From positions 32,001 to 96,000 of the forward strand of contig CAVWIG010000007.1 in NCBI GenBank assembly GCA_963754945.1: 64,000 nt of DNA, in the 5' to 3' direction. Both the position numbers and the translations under genes were made by a program. Under the pieces are notes generated by a model. The model was not told where the DNA came from. It ran no database searches and was given only the letters and a program-made list of their open reading frames with translations. How positions within the stretch are numbered: position 1 is the stretch's first letter; the number at the start of each line of letters is the position of its first letter. The stretch is from Methanotrichaceae archaeon. GTDB lineage: Archaea > Halobacteriota > Methanosarcinia > Methanotrichales > Methanotrichaceae. Shown piece after piece: positions 20,665 through 32,481 of this stretch.

Positions 20665-20686
20665 ACCCCGCTGCTTGCAGCGGGGT
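20665..20686. repeat. Perfect GC-rich hairpin (REP/IS200-IS605 end-like)
   Basis: ACCCCGCTGC-TT-GCAGCGGGGT, a 10-bp perfect stem in an AT-rich intergenic region. Confidence 0.55.
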
Positions 20687-20842
20687 GCGCTTTTTGACTT
20701 TTCTATAACGATTTTTATTCTCCCATCCAATTTGATTGTCTCGAGTGGTCGATGAAATTATAGTTCAAAAAATGTCAATCATTGTCGTTGCCACTGGGTT
20801 GGTCTTGATGCCGAACGATCCATCGCTTCAAAAAAAATAGCC

Positions 20843-23800
20843 TTACATGAAGTCTGCCAGCCCCGTCTGCTTGGCTTTGTCGCTCTTGAAGAGCGAATCT
20901 ATCTCCAGCTTTAGAAGCTGTAGCCTCTGCTTGGTGTAGCTGCTGACACCGTACTCCTCAGCCACTTTTATTGAGACTTCCAGGTACTTCCGGACGCTTC
21001 CTTCGTGCACAGTAAGGATCATCCTGCCGGCGCACTTCGGGCAGACCTCCTTGAGCGGAGGTCGGCGATACTTGGTGCCGCACTTGACGCACCTCACCTT
21101 CTGTTTCGAGAAGGCGTGCAGGTTTCCTATCAGATCCGGCAGGAAGTGGGAGTTTATGACCCTCTCGGCAACGTCAGTCTCGTCCACAGCTCGGATCATC
21201 CTGGCTAGTTCGAGCTGAGCATCCATCTTGTCGACCATGGTCTCCAGGGTCTTGTAAGAGCTGTTTTTCGGTCCTGATGCGATGTTCGTCGTGTCGAAGG
21301 AGAATCCAAAGCCCTCGTACTGGGCGTCGGAACCGAGCCGCTTGGAGACCAAATCGATCTTGCTTTCCAGATCTTTGGGGTTTGCATTGTTCATCGTGGC
21401 CGTGTAAAACTCCAGAGGGTAGGAGTACGAAAGGTCCAGGTTGTGGGCTTCTTTATCGACCTCGGCTGGGTTCAGTCTGGTAGTCATGACTAGGGGGGCA
21501 TCCATCCTGCCGCCCCTCCGTGCTGGCAGGTATGACATTGAGAAGTTGATCAGGGCGTCCATTAGCAGCATGACGCAGTCTTCGTCGCCGTCGCAATTCC
21601 TGCGCTTGGCTGCATGGAAGAAGGGATGGCCAAAGCCAGCCGAGGCCGTTGTGTAGCCGATGAGCCTGCAGAGGACTCCTGCGGATGTGTGTGGGGCCAG
21701 GCCGACGAACAGTTCACCCAAGAGATCCTCAGACGATCCGGCTTTGTAGAAAGGGGCGAGATTGTAGAACTTAACAAGAAGATCGTCTACGAACTGTGCG
21801 ACCTTGAGCAGATAACCGCCAGCGTCCTTGGACAGGATTATGTCCTGGACTTTCAGCTCGCATGTCTGGTCGGCACTTGTCAAAAGCTTTCCCTTGAAGT
21901 CTTCGGTGTACCCGATCTCCTTTAGCTTCTCCAGGCTGGTGCCTATCTCGGATGGCCGGAAGTGGGTTAGTGGGAGATCGGTCAGGTCGTATCTGATTGT
22001 GCCGTCCTTGAAGATGTTGATCCCGTGCTTGGCCCGAAGAATGCCCTTCTCCAGGGGCTCAGGGGTTTTGTCCCGCGAGGTCAGACCAATGACGCCCTTA
22101 AGGGCGTTCGGCTCGCGTTCGTTGAGGTTGGCCAAGGCCTCTGAATAGAGCTTCTTTACATCGATGTGCATCTTAGACGCTGCCGAGGTTTCTTCGCCGC
22201 ATCTCGGGCAACGCTCAACGGCTGGAATGTTGCATTTCGGACAGACTCTTTTTTTGTCAGTGTGTCCACCGCATTTGCACAGGAAGGAAAATCCTTCCTT
22301 GCCGCAGCTCCTGCAAACCCGCCGCTCGATCTCAACGTCGATGAATCCTGTTGTGTTCCCTAGGGTTCGCTTGGCCGCATCCTGGATGGACCTGGACTTG
22401 CCCCCGGCGTCGGACGTTGGAAACAGCACGTGGGGTGGTGGCTTCATCAGGCGCTTATCGGACTTTTCCGGCCTTCCCATGCGGCATCCTATCCTGGTCA
22501 GGGCTCTAGGCATGATGGGGATGCCTGCGAACCTGTTCGCTCCCTCCAGGGGAGTGCAGTCTAAAATCTCCCAGGTCTTTTTCAACCCGTCAGGATCGAT
22601 TCCCAAGCAGAGCAGCAGAGGATCGGGATCTTCGATGATGATCTTGCCTTCTCTGACCTTGTGAAGAACCAACAGTGTCTCCAGGGTATCCTTCACCGTT
22701 GTTGGAAGGATCAGCCTTCCCGAGTCCATTGCTCCATCGGAAGAGACCGCAGCAGCAAGGTGTTCGAACTTCTCGGTCGAGATGTCGTGCCAGAGGTAGG
22801 TGTGGGCAGGGTGGAGGGGAACGTTGTACTTTCTGGACAGATCTATAGCTTCCTTGCTGCTGATCTTTTCAAGGCCGACAGGATCTCCTCCTGCCTGGAC
22901 AAGCTCGGCTGCCCACCACTCGTAGCAGTAGGAAGCCGGTGCCAGGGGTCGGTTGTTCTCCAGGAACTCACCATAGCTTATTAGAATCTCGCCGAGGTCG
23001 ATTATCTTTGACACGTGTGCCCTGATGGCGGTGGCCACAGTCCTCGGGTCTTTGCTGACCGGCATCCAGGAGAGAACTTCCTCCGCCGAGTCGATCCTGA
23101 CCAGATCGCCGTTGATGAGTCGGACTGTGGGGCCCTCTATGGAGGTTACCGGAGCGACGGCAGCCGCCTTGCCGGGCTGCTCGACTTTGATCTGGGTACC
23201 TGCAGCCATGAACTGTCCCAAGAGGACCATAGAAGCGGGGTTGATGCCAGCGGCGGCCAGACCGGTGTTCCTTGCCCTGCCGTACCTTAGTCGGAAGCCC
23301 CCTGGCCTGGACGGGTGTGAGAAAACGGGCCTTCCAGCGATCAGATCTCGCAGAAACTTGGGGCTTGCATCGCCGCTCTCTTTCTTGCTTCCTGCCAGGT
23401 CGTCGAGCCACTCCCAGCCCGTCAACCCTAATTTGGAGACGTGCTTTTTCAGCTTGGGCCTCTTGAGGGCTATGCCTTCAGCAGACACCAGGGCGATTCC
23501 ACCCCGAACTCGGTTTGTCTCTATCCTTGCAAGGTCGCGAAAGCCTGAGACCTCTTCCTCCTCGGTAGGCTCGCCTTCTATACAGATGGGGCAGTTTTTG
23601 ACTATTGTCCTGATCTCGTCGTCTGTTGGGTTGTACTGCAGGCCGGCCACTCTCTTGTACAGGCCGATCTCCTCGACGTAGCGTTCCACCTCTTCTGGCC
23701 TGGCCTTGTAGGCTGCGATCCCCACGCTTCTGCGGACGTAGTCGGCAACGAGAACGGACAGAGCCTGGGCAGTGCCTCCCGCGCTTCGGATGGGCCCAGC

Positions 23801-24226
23801 GTAGTAGACTTTGAGGTAGTCCGTTCCATCGTCGTTCTTTCCAAGTGCGACTTTGGCAATCCCCTCGATGGGCGCAGCCACAACGCCCTCTGTGAGCAGG
23901 GCAACCGCGGTTCTGATGGCGTTCTCAACGGCTTCGATCTTGGATTTGTTTGTTCCCAGCTTACCCTGAGCAAAATCTACGCCGATTGCAAGGGCCGCTT
24001 CCTCTCTGCTCAGGCCTTCCTCCTCAAGCTGCCTGATCCTGGCTGCAATGCCGGGTATGCCGATCAGCTTCTCTACCCTTTCCGCTAAGTCTACTGCTAG
24101 GGGAATCTCCACTTCAGTTGACGGGTCCTTTCCTTCCGACCTGGCCTTTTTGGCGATATCAAGGGCTTGGTCAAGACCGAGTTCTAGGGATTCGAAGTAC
24201 TCGAAAGTCTTCATCAACCACTCCAA
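20843..24226 (-). CDS. polC: DNA polymerase D (Pol II) large subunit DP2, no intein
   Basis: [43 protein letters not shown] and C-terminal Zn fingers. Confidence 0.98.
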   Translation of the reverse strand: MEWLMKTFEYFESLELGLDQALDIAKKARSEGKDPSTEVEIPLAVDLAERVEKLIGIPGIAARIRQLEEEGLSREEAALAIGVDFAQGKLGTNKSKIEAVENAIRTAVALLTEGVVAAPIEGIAKVALGKNDDGTDYLKVYYAGPIRSAGGTAQALSVLVADYVRRSVGIAAYKARPEEVERYVEEIGLYKRVAGLQYNPTDDEIRTIVKNCPICIEGEPTEEEEVSGFRDLARIETNRVRGGIALVSAEGIALKRPKLKKHVSKLGLTGWEWLDDLAGSKKESGDASPKFLRDLIAGRPVFSHPSRPGGFRLRYGRARNTGLAAAGINPASMVLLGQFMAAGTQIKVEQPGKAAAVAPVTSIEGPTVRLINGDLVRIDSAEEVLSWMPVSKDPRTVATAIRAHVSKIIDLGEILISYGEFLENNRPLAPASYCYEWWAAELVQAGGDPVGLEKISSKEAIDLSRKYNVPLHPAHTYLWHDISTEKFEHLAAAVSSDGAMDSGRLILPTTVKDTLETLLVLHKVREGKIIIEDPDPLLLCLGIDPDGLKKTWEILDCTPLEGANRFAGIPIMPRALTRIGCRMGRPEKSDKRLMKPPPHVLFPTSDAGGKSRSIQDAAKRTLGNTTGFIDVEIERRVCRSCGKEGFSFLCKCGGHTDKKRVCPKCNIPAVERCPRCGEETSAASKMHIDVKKLYSEALANLNEREPNALKGVIGLTSRDKTPEPLEKGILRAKHGINIFKDGTIRYDLTDLPLTHFRPSEIGTSLEKLKEIGYTEDFKGKLLTSADQTCELKVQDIILSKDAGGYLLKVAQFVDDLLVKFYNLAPFYKAGSSEDLLGELFVGLAPHTSAGVLCRLIGYTTASAGFGHPFFHAAKRRNCDGDEDCVMLLMDALINFSMSYLPARRGGRMDAPLVMTTRLNPAEVDKEAHNLDLSYSYPLEFYTATMNNANPKDLESKIDLVSKRLGSDAQYEGFGFSFDTTNIASGPKNSSYKTLETMVDKMDAQLELARMIRAVDETDVAERVINSHFLPDLIGNLHAFSKQKVRCVKCGTKYRRPPLKEVCPKCAGRMILTVHEGSVRKYLEVSIKVAEEYGVSSYTKQRLQLLKLEIDSLFKSDKAKQTGLADFM

Positions 24227-24693
24227 AGATAAAGGCCGGTCGTTTGATCACTCTCTCTTACCATTGGCTCGCCCAAGAGCTCAATCAAGAACAGCTCTGC
24301 TGCGAATATATTTCCATGAAGCAGGTGGCCACCTATTGTTTTGCCGTCGGAGTCGGCGAGAACGACATGGGCATGTACAAAGGGCTTCCCTTCTCTGATG
24401 GATACGTTGCCAGCGCACGAGACAAGCTCTGCATTCTCTTCAACTAGGAGCGAGCTATATTCACGAAATTCCTGATCATAGAACGCTATCTCTGCTTGTG
24501 TCAGTGCACCTATTACGCTGAACGTACCAGTACGGATGCCTTCATCGGCTGCAAGCTTGGAAATCTGGTCCACTAAGTCAGCACCATGGTCAAGCCTCAC
24601 AAGCAGGGACCTGCCGCGTTTGAACTCTCTTACAAGCAATCCCATCCCTCGCTTCATCTTCGATCTCAAGAGGTAGGGCCACTTAGCTATCAA
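24214..24693 (-). CDS. PPC/DUF296 domain protein
   Basis: [22 protein letters not shown] and GGHL motifs. The real start is probably a few codons downstream. Confidence 0.9.
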   Translation of the reverse strand: MIAKWPYLLRSKMKRGMGLLVREFKRGRSLLVRLDHGADLVDQISKLAADEGIRTGTFSVIGALTQAEIAFYDQEFREYSSLLVEENAELVSCAGNVSIREGKPFVHAHVVLADSDGKTIGGHLLHGNIFAAELFLIELLGEPMVRESDQTTGLYLWSG

Positions 24694-25130
24694 TTTGGCG
24701 GATCGGGTTGATGTAATGCTTGACCGTCAAGGTTTTCTAATTGGTAGAATGCCAGTTGGACGGATCTTGAAGCATATTAAGGATCACATCTTGGAAATGA
24801 TACTAAGGAAGAAAAGCTCGTAACTGGGAGAAGATAAATTTCTGTGTTTCTCACTGTCGATTTTGGACATCTTCGTATAATTTATAACATTTTAACCCCT
24901 CCTCTTCCTGTGTGCATGTGGCTCCAATGTTTCTGATTCTCTCCAGGATAGAAGTATGAATGCTATATTATTATTTATACTGTTAATATCTTTCGATATC
25001 CGTAAAAACAGTCAAACTTTTATTAGTTAACATTTCCACTGGAGATCTCGAATTATATAGATCGACTTTGGGAAACCACATCGAGATCCAAAGCGTTATC
25101 TATTTTTGGTCGAAGATTTACCTTAAAACG

Positions 25131-26094
25131 ATGAATCTAGAGTCTCTGGTGGCCGAGCTTCGAGGTTTTGTGGGAATAACCCGAAAGAAGCAGATAGGAG
25201 ATCTCATAGAGCATTTTCCTGTTCTCTCAGAGCAGATAATCGCGGACTTCGGAGAGGATGCCGCTGTTATAGACGATGGCGATGATGTTTTGCTCTTCGC
25301 GGCGGACGGGATCTGGTCAAAGCTCATGGAAGCGGACCCGGAATGGTCCGGGTACTGCTCTGTTCTCGTTAACGTGCACGACATCGCCGCTATGGGCGGA
25401 TGGCCGATAGCCATGGTGGACGTGCTTTCCGTCAGCTCTCCCCGGATAGCCGAGGCTGTCTTGCGAGGCATGAGGAATGGCATAGAGAAGTTCAACGTGC
25501 CCATAATCGGAGGTCATCTCCACCCGGACACGCCTTACAGCGCTCTTGACGTGGCCATCCTCGGCAAGGCCAGAAAGGATTCGGTCATCCTCAGCAGCAC
25601 GGCCCGTCCGGGCGATGCCATATTAGCCGCTGCGGATTTGGATGGAGCACCCCATCCGAAGTTCGCGATCAACTTCGACTCCACCAGCTTCAAGGAAGGG
25701 GAGACGCTTGCCAGGCAGCTAGGGTCCATGAGGGAGCTGGGCGAGCGGCATCTAGTCACTGCTGGAAAGGACATAAGCAACCCCGGCCTGCTGGGAACGC
25801 TGGGGATGCTGCTGGAGACGAGCGGGGTAGGGGCAGTTGTGGATCTGGATTTCATACCAGTTCCCGCAGGGTTGCAGCTCTCCGACTGGCTGAAGATGTA
25901 CCCCGGCATGGGGTTTGTTGTCACCGCCAAGCCGGAAAACGTGCACGACGTCATCGACGTTTTCAGAGATCGTGGTCTAACGGCGGCCAGGATAGGCAGC
26001 ACAACGGCAGATCGGAGACTGGTCATCCGACAGGGCACGAAGGAGGCAGTGCTCTTCGATTTTGCCAAAGGACACTGTAACAGGGATCAGGTGA
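25131..26094 (+). CDS. Methanogenesis marker protein 2 (AIR synthase/SelD-like); its natural end appears frameshifted into mtxX
   Basis: FGEDAAVI, VNVHDIAAMGG, GGHLHPD, KDISNPG. The shifted frame after 26070 gives the expected-looking end DTVTGIR* (TGA 26092-26094). Confidence 0.85.
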
Positions 26095-26099
26095 GGGTT

Positions 26100-26897
26100 G
26101 TGGATTCAGATTTCGTCAAATCGCTTCAAGATCGTGCCAGGTCGCGCCACGCCAGTATTGGAATAGGGATAAAGAACCTAGATGCCGACCTTATAAGCGG
26201 CCTTGAGGCAGCCACAGAGTACGCTGACCTCCTGCTTGTTGGCGATCCATGCTGCGACTGTGCCCTGGACTACATAACGCCCGAAGATCCCGCAACCGAG
26301 CTTGTGGACCTGTTAGCACGGGGAGAGATCGATGGGGCGGTTAGGGGGAACATCTCTGCCTCCAAGGCGATGATGGCGCTGTCCAGGAAGTTCAACATCA
26401 AGGTCCGCAGGATGGCCCTCCTAGATCTGAATGGTTGGGCGTTCTTCCTAGCCCCTGTGGGAATCGACGAGGGAGAGACGCTGTCAGATAAGCTAAACCT
26501 GGTCCTGGATGGGGCGAAGTTCCTGCAGAGGATGGGCATTTCGCCTACGATCTCTGTACTCTCTGGTGGCAGGGTGGAGGATGTGGGTCGCAACGAGCGC
26601 GTGGATAGAAGCCTGGCAGAAGGCGAGTTCGTAGCCGCCAGGGCGGCCGCCGCGGGCATAAACGCCCGGCACAGGGGAATACTGATTGAGGATTGTAGAG
26701 GAGATGACTTGATCCTGGCACCCGACGGGATCTCGGGAAACCTGATATTCAGGACGCTCATGCTGCTGTGCGGGGCTAAATCCTTAGGTGCGCCGGTTTT
26801 AATGGACCAGATCTTTGTGGACTCCAGCAGGGCACGGACCGACTTCACTGGGCCGGTGATGCTGGCGAGTGCGATGGTCGGTATGAAGGAGAGTTAG
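26100..26897 (+). CDS. mtxX: MtxX / methanogenesis marker protein 4
   Basis: DGAVRGN, LAPVGIDEG, LSGGRVEDVGR, APDGISGNLIFR, VDSSRA. GTG start at 26100. Confidence 0.88.
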   Translation: MDSDFVKSLQDRARSRHASIGIGIKNLDADLISGLEAATEYADLLLVGDPCCDCALDYITPEDPATELVDLLARGEIDGAVRGNISASKAMMALSRKFNIKVRRMALLDLNGWAFFLAPVGIDEGETLSDKLNLVLDGAKFLQRMGISPTISVLSGGRVEDVGRNERVDRSLAEGEFVAARAAAAGINARHRGILIEDCRGDDLILAPDGISGNLIFRTLMLLCGAKSLGAPVLMDQIFVDSSRARTDFTGPVMLASAMVGMKES

Positions 26898-26932
26898 GAT
26901 CGATCCGATACTCTGAATCTCAAAAAGAAGAC

Positions 26933-27904
26933 ATGATGAAATTCTCACCGCGATTGGCAGCCAAAGCCCTGTGGCAGCTACGGGTCAGAAGAAGGCCCTA
27001 CGTCCTTTCTCATGGCATTACCTCTCGGTGCAATCTGCAGTGCAAATTCTGCGAATATTGGGAGAACCCTGGGAAAGAGATGAGCACTCCCGAGATATTC
27101 CGAATGCTCGACGATGCCAAGTCTTTTGGGATTGGCGTCTACAACGCCTGGACTGCCGAGCCCCTCATGAAGGAGGATTTGCAGGAGATCTTGCACCATG
27201 CAAAAAGACTCGGGCTGATCACATCGCTCATAACCAACGGAAAGCTGCTGGCCCGCCGCGTTCACGAGCTTGGTGACCTGGACTACCTCTCGGTATCAGT
27301 GGATGGTATTGACTGCTACAAAGAGCTTCGCGGGATCGACCTTCAAGATGTGCTTGGCGGCATAAGAGCAGCTAAGACCGACGGCCACGAGATCCTCATG
27401 AACTGTATCATAAGCGGCAAAAACGTTGATGAGCTCGAAGATCTCGTCAATTTGGCAGAAGTGCTGGGCGTGCGGATCTCCTTTGAGCCTATAAATGAGT
27501 CTTCGGGAATCGCCAAAGAGGTCTGGGAAGAGCTTGGCATCAGGGACTTACCCAGATACCAGAAGGCAATAGACAGGCTGGTCGAGCTGAAGAAATCCGG
27601 AGCACCCATAATCAACTCCATCACCTACCTCAAGATGATCCGGTCCCTAAAGCCGGAGTTCAGGTGCCATGCCAGCGACATAATCCTGCACGTTACAGCA
27701 GACGGCACAATAGAGTGCTGCAGGTCCCAGAAGGCTACCCTGGGCCAGGTATCCGAAGGTTTATTAAATGTCTGGAAGGCGTCCGAGGAGACGCGCAAGA
27801 AGACCGCAGGTGAGTGCAAGGGATGTCTCTTCTTCGGGTATGTCGAAAACAGCCTACTATACGATATGGTTCCAGAGGTAATGTCTCATTACGAGTGGAT
27901 GTGA
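26933..27904 (+). CDS. Radical SAM protein with C-terminal SPASM/twitch-like Cys domain
   Basis: CNLQCKFC triad, EPL and TNG motifs, C-terminal Cys cluster (CKGC). Confidence 0.9.
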   Translation: MMKFSPRLAAKALWQLRVRRRPYVLSHGITSRCNLQCKFCEYWENPGKEMSTPEIFRMLDDAKSFGIGVYNAWTAEPLMKEDLQEILHHAKRLGLITSLITNGKLLARRVHELGDLDYLSVSVDGIDCYKELRGIDLQDVLGGIRAAKTDGHEILMNCIISGKNVDELEDLVNLAEVLGVRISFEPINESSGIAKEVWEELGIRDLPRYQKAIDRLVELKKSGAPIINSITYLKMIRSLKPEFRCHASDIILHVTADGTIECCRSQKATLGQVSEGLLNVWKASEETRKKTAGECKGCLFFGYVENSLLYDMVPEVMSHYEWM

Positions 27905-28233
27905 TGCTGGGCTATTGCGCCTGTGCACCACGATGCCACCGTGTTAGAAAGTAGAGCTTTCCTGTCAGGAGGTCGTTTGGACGTTATATGAAAAGCACGT
28001 AGGTCGATGCAGGTTGTACACACTACTATCCGTTCAATATACCACTATTCTTTTCAATCCTCTGCGTTCAATTTTGAGAGATAACTGATTTTATAAGTAA
28101 GCTATTTAAGAATCAAAAATAGGAGGGTAATTACGAGATTAACCGGTTGTTCAATACCGGGGACACTCATCTCTGTGTTTCAGCAGACACTGGCAGAACA
28201 GCACAGAAAAAGAAAAACTATGAGGTGTAAATC

Positions 28234-29367
28234 GTGGCCAATCGAAATTTTGTCTGGATCTTGATACCCTTCTTCTTTTTCACAGGTATAGCCTTGGGAG
28301 GGTATGATCTATCCGGAACCACTGGAACAGAGAACTTGACCGCGGCCGACCCCATCGTGCAGAGTCTGGAGACCGATACAGGAAGTGCTCTTGCTAATGC
28401 TATGGCACCGCAGGTGTCTGCAACAGAATCCGGAACCGAGATTGCATTTTACACGACGCAATCTCCGACTAAGACTGAGCTGAAAGGGTTGATGCCCTTC
28501 AATGCTCAGTCTAGCCCGTCCACATACGTATTCTACAAAGGCAGCTACCTGGGGTGGAATGGGTTTACCTCCCAGTTCCCCAGCACTTCGCCGGGCTTAT
28601 GGATTGAAAGATCTGTGAGTTGGTCGTTGTACGCTACGATGCCCCTGGGAGGTTGGGCGCGAGAACTTCTCTATGTGCCCGTTCCCTCGCCCATTACCCT
28701 GTACGAAGTCTATCCCAGCGGGTTTGTGATGAAATACAATCTGGGATTTGTTCAGCCTGGCTACTACTATATCTGGTACTATGCCGACGCTCCAGGGAGA
28801 CATCTCGATATATTCAGCGTCACCAGTGGTTACAGCAATATGGTAGTCATCGATGTGTACTCTGTTCAGCAACCTAAGCCGGTTCCACCCAAACCAGTTC
28901 CACCAACCCCTAAGCAGCAATGCGAGAAGAACCCTACGTGCAACTGGGTGAATGGCCAGTGCCTGTGTACCGGCTTACTTCCAGAGAATCCGGAGAAGTT
29001 GAAATGTGAGCAGAATCCCAACTGCAACTGGGTAAACGGCCAGTGTCTCTGCACAATGCCGAATCCCGATGATCAGGAGAGAATTAGTTGTGAGCAGAAC
29101 CCTGATTGTGATTGGGTAAATGGCCAGTGTCTCTGTCGAGGTGTTCGTCCTGAGGACCCCGAGAAGGTGAAGTGTGAGCAAAACCCCGACTGCAACTGGG
29201 TAAACGGCCAATGTCTATGTACCGGACTAAACCCTCCTGCCCCCGAACCTCAGCCCTCACCTATGCCGGGACCTGTGCCTAATCCCAACCCAGGGCCTGA
29301 TAATGATGCGGGAGGCGACAATTCAGGTGGGCTCTTGGGCAGCAATGCAGGAGCAGTGCCTAGCTGA
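28234..29367 (+). CDS. Secreted protein with aromatic-rich domain, four Cys-rich repeats and Pro-rich tail
   Basis: Signal peptide, GAGGTG RBS, 4x CExNPxCxWVNGQCLC. Confidence 0.75.
   Translation: MANRNFVWILIPFFFFTGIALGGYDLSGTTGTENLTAADPIVQSLETDTGSALANAMAPQVSATESGTEIAFYTTQSPTKTELKGLMPFNAQSSPSTYVFYKGSYLGWNGFTSQFPSTSPGLWIERSVSWSLYATMPLGGWARELLYVPVPSPITLYEVYPSGFVMKYNLGFVQPGYYYIWYYADAPGRHLDIFSVTSGYSNMVVIDVYSVQQPKPVPPKPVPPTPKQQCEKNPTCNWVNGQCLCTGLLPENPEKLKCEQNPNCNWVNGQCLCTMPNPDDQERISCEQNPDCDWVNGQCLCRGVRPEDPEKVKCEQNPDCNWVNGQCLCTGLNPPAPEPQPSPMPGPVPNPNPGPDNDAGGDNSGGLLGSNAGAVPS
28921..29223 (+). repeat. Four 84-bp (28-aa) Cys-rich coding repeats
   Basis: The first Cys codons of the repeats lie at 28921, 29005, 29089 and 29173. 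Confidence 0.9.
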
Positions 29368-29598
29368 GAATCAACATTGGTGAAATGGACGGAAAATGCC
29401 CGTCGATACCGGGATCACTTCTGATCCTGGTATCGATTTATACAGCTCAACTGTGATGGGATGTAAAGAGCTCCCTGTCTTGAGGGCCGATATAGAGCTG
29501 GCGACAAAAAAAACATGTCATTCTGCTATGTTCGTCGATCATCTCGATATCAATCTGTCAGTGCTCGGAGTCCAAACGCGGTCACGATGAAGGCGGAT

Positions 29599-30381
29599 TT
29601 ATCCTGTCTTCTGCAGAGCTGTAACAACATCGCGGGTTGCGAGGATGCCTTTCAGCGCTGCCGGGAAGCCCGCGTAGACGGAGACCAGCAGCATGATCTC
29701 GACGATCTCTGCCTCGGAAAGGCCAGCTCGAAGCCCGCCACCGATGTGGAACTGGAGCTGCGCTGGGGCTGTGCCAATTGCCGCAAGCGCTGCAATGGTC
29801 GCCACCTGCCTGTTCCGGATCGGCAGAATGCCCCGAGCGTAGATGTCCCCGTATCCGAACTCAATAACATACCGCGTGATATCCGGGTTTATCTTGTCAT
29901 ACGTTTCCTTGAGCACCTGCTCCTGATTGGGTGCGATCCGCATGAGCCACTCCTTCCCGCGCTCGTACCTGCTCTCTGAACCGGCATGGACTGAGGCTTT
30001 TGAGAGCGTCTGTCCGGTCTCTTTTAAGACCTCAACGAGCGTCCCCATGGCTTTCAACATTGCCGGGAAACCCGCGTACCCGCTCATCTGTATGCTGATC
30101 TCGCGGATCTCCTCTGGAGTGCAGCCTACATGGAGCGCGGCGTGGATATGAACCTTCAACTGAGGTGCCGCTGTTCCCATTGAAGTCAGGACCGCCACAA
30201 CTGCCTGCTCTTTTGTCCGGTTGTCAAGGGTCTCCCGCGCATAGATCTCTCCGAAAGAATATTCGATGAGGTATCTGGCAAGGTCCGGGCAGATATCATT
30301 GAGAGCCTCTTCGACCTTTAGACCGGCTTCTCCATCAATTTCAAGCAATTTTCTTCTTCCGATAGCTGCGTAATCTGTCAT
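29599..30381 (-). CDS. Carboxymuconolactone decarboxylase (CMD/AhpD) family, two-domain
   Basis: Two copies of E(Y/F)xFG(E/D)IYAR...QLxxHIxxAL...YAGFPA. Confidence 0.9.
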   Translation of the reverse strand: MTDYAAIGRRKLLEIDGEAGLKVEEALNDICPDLARYLIEYSFGEIYARETLDNRTKEQAVVAVLTSMGTAAPQLKVHIHAALHVGCTPEEIREISIQMSGYAGFPAMLKAMGTLVEVLKETGQTLSKASVHAGSESRYERGKEWLMRIAPNQEQVLKETYDKINPDITRYVIEFGYGDIYARGILPIRNRQVATIAALAAIGTAPAQLQFHIGGGLRAGLSEAEIVEIMLLVSVYAGFPAALKGILATRDVVTALQKTG

Positions 30382-30450
30382 GACTTCACCCGATAATTCG
30401 TCTCTGTAACATCACGGTACAGGCGTGGCCACACCCGAAAGGGATAGGTG

Positions 30451-31269
30451 TTACCGCCATGTTACCGCGATCGGATTGCGCCGGGGGATCCCATACGCCT
30501 TGTACTGCGGATAGCCGAACATCATTGCATAGGCGCATTTCCGTCCGGCTGGCAGGCCGAGTTCCTTCTGGAGCGGTTCATAGGAGGCGGCAGCCATTGC
30601 CACAAAGCCCGCCCAGCAGGTGCCGATACCGAATGCAGGCGCAGCGACATCGAAATGCGTGAGCGCTATGATTGCATCTACGGATGCAACCGGGTTGCCC
30701 TCCGGGATATGGGCAAAGAGCAGGTGAGGCGCGTCGCGGCAGATGACATCGTGTCCGCTTTCCCATGCTCCGATAAGCACCGGCACGTATCCGCTCATCG
30801 GATGGTTCGTGCCTATCATTGTTTTCATCCATTCGACGGTCAGTCCGGCGATCTTTTTCACTCTCTCTTGATCGTGGACGATAATCCACTGCACCGGCTG
30901 CCCGTTGCCTCCCGAGGCTGCGTACCTGGCAATATCAAGGATTTCAAGGATCTTCTCCTTTGGCACAGGATCTTTGGTGAAGTGCCGCACGGACCGTCGT
31001 TTCTTGAGGTAGAATGCTATGTCCTCGGGAGAGATGGTGCCTGCACCGGCTGGTAGGGGCACCTTACCATCCGGGCGGACATTCAGGAGGAGAGCCTGCG
31101 ACGGACAGGAGACCTCGCAGTGCCCGCACTGGATACACATGCCTGCGACGGCATCTTTTACAGTCGGCAGTGTGTTATCATCAGCGGGGGTGACAATTGC
31201 TATCGGGCAGACAATAGAGCAGATCCCGCACCGGGTGCAGAGATCCTGATCAACAAGTATCACGGTCAT
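30451..31269 (-). CDS. Nitroreductase family protein with N-terminal 2x[4Fe-4S] domain
   Basis: CTRCGICSIVCP, CIQCGHCEVSCP, RRSVRHF, SGGNGQP, GIGTCW. Confidence 0.92.
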   Translation of the reverse strand: MTVILVDQDLCTRCGICSIVCPIAIVTPADDNTLPTVKDAVAGMCIQCGHCEVSCPSQALLLNVRPDGKVPLPAGAGTISPEDIAFYLKKRRSVRHFTKDPVPKEKILEILDIARYAASGGNGQPVQWIIVHDQERVKKIAGLTVEWMKTMIGTNHPMSGYVPVLIGAWESGHDVICRDAPHLLFAHIPEGNPVASVDAIIALTHFDVAAPAFGIGTCWAGFVAMAAASYEPLQKELGLPAGRKCAYAMMFGYPQYKAYGIPRRNPIAVTWR

Positions 31270-31308
31270 GTTCTTTTCTTTCCTCAGGTAATTCAACTCA
31301 TCCTGCAA

Positions 31309-31914
31309 TCAACAAGCACCGGTATTTCTGGATGTGTTTTTGGAGTGGTTCATCGTCTTTAAGAGCCAAACCATATTCTGCCCGACTCTCTTCGTCTGTT
31401 CTATTCCTTCCCTATCCCGTTCAACATCGCCGATATCTCTCCCTACACCAATACCGGGAAGCCCGGGAACGATCATGTCGTTCGCCAGAAAAAAATGGAG
31501 CATCGAATCAATGGTACGGCTGGCTCCGGTACGCCGCACGGCAACAACGGCGTTCCCGACCTTGTGACTGAAGGGACGGTCGTTGGCATACGAGACAAAT
31601 CCGGTCCGGTCGATGAGTGCCTTCATCTCCGGTGTGACATCGAGGAAGTATACAGGTGAACCCAGGATAATCCCGTCAGCCTCAGCCATCTTCGCAATAC
31701 ACTCGTTCACGATGTCGTCATCGAAGATGCAGCGCCGGTCACGGTTCTCAAAACATTTCATGCACGCGATGCAGCCGTGGATCTTTTTCCCGCCGACCTG
31801 CACGACTTCCGTGGTAATACCGGCTTTTTCGAGTTCATGCAGCACCAGGCGTATTAGGAGACTGGTGTTTCCTTTCGGCCGCGGGCTCCCGTTGAATGCA
31901 ACAACCTTTGTCGT
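31309..31914 (-). pseudogene. Iron-sulfur flavoprotein (flavodoxin family) with ACG at the expected start
   Basis: The frame continues upstream of the tracked ORF as TKVVAFNGSPRPKGNT. The expected ATG position after the GGTGA RBS reads ACG (31914-31912). Confidence 0.7.
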
Positions 31915-31918
31915 ACCA

Positions 31919-32481
31919 TCACCCCTTAATCAGATTTTTCCCGTCACTCCAAGCATTCCCGGCATACTTCCCTAGTGTCCAGTAGCGGTTGTCGGGCATC
32001 GTCAGGAAGAGCGGGTCGATCTCCGGGAAATCCGGCTTCCCGTCTTTTATAACCCTGCCATCCGCGTATGCGCCTGCAATCTCGCCGATGAAGAGCGTAT
32101 TGGTCGGGAGCGGGACGGTCTGTACCAGCCGGCACTCGAGGCTGACAGGGCACTGCCTGATCATCGGCGCTGTTTTCAGCGAACCGTAGAAAACGTCAAA
32201 CACATGGGACTTGTCGGTCTTCTCACCGGATACGAGACCGCAGTAGTCGGTCTTATCGAGAGGTCGGAAGAAGGGATGTTCACTGAGAAGGTCTTTGTCT
32301 CCTCAATTCCCTTCGACGTATGGTGATGGTTCCCGATCCCACAGACGATCATCGGCGGGCTAGCGTTCGCCCGTGAGCACCAGCCCACTGTCATGAAGTT
32401 GGTAATCCCAGAAACCTGCGTCCCTACGAGAACCACAGGCATCGGGATGAAAAAGTTCTGTCCGATCTGAATCTTATCCAT
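31919..32481 (-). pseudogene. Flavin reductase/flavoredoxin family, frameshifted
   Basis: PMPVVLVGT...FSVNIPSSDL joins DKTDYCGLVSG...APMIRQCPVSLEC only with a 1-nt correction near 32260. Confidence 0.85.

Noticed and set aside
20843-24226. Intein in PolD DP2
   Set aside because: RRNCDGDED is contiguous and the length is normal.
28921-29223. Cys repeats as a multiheme cytochrome
   Set aside because: No CxxCH motifs.
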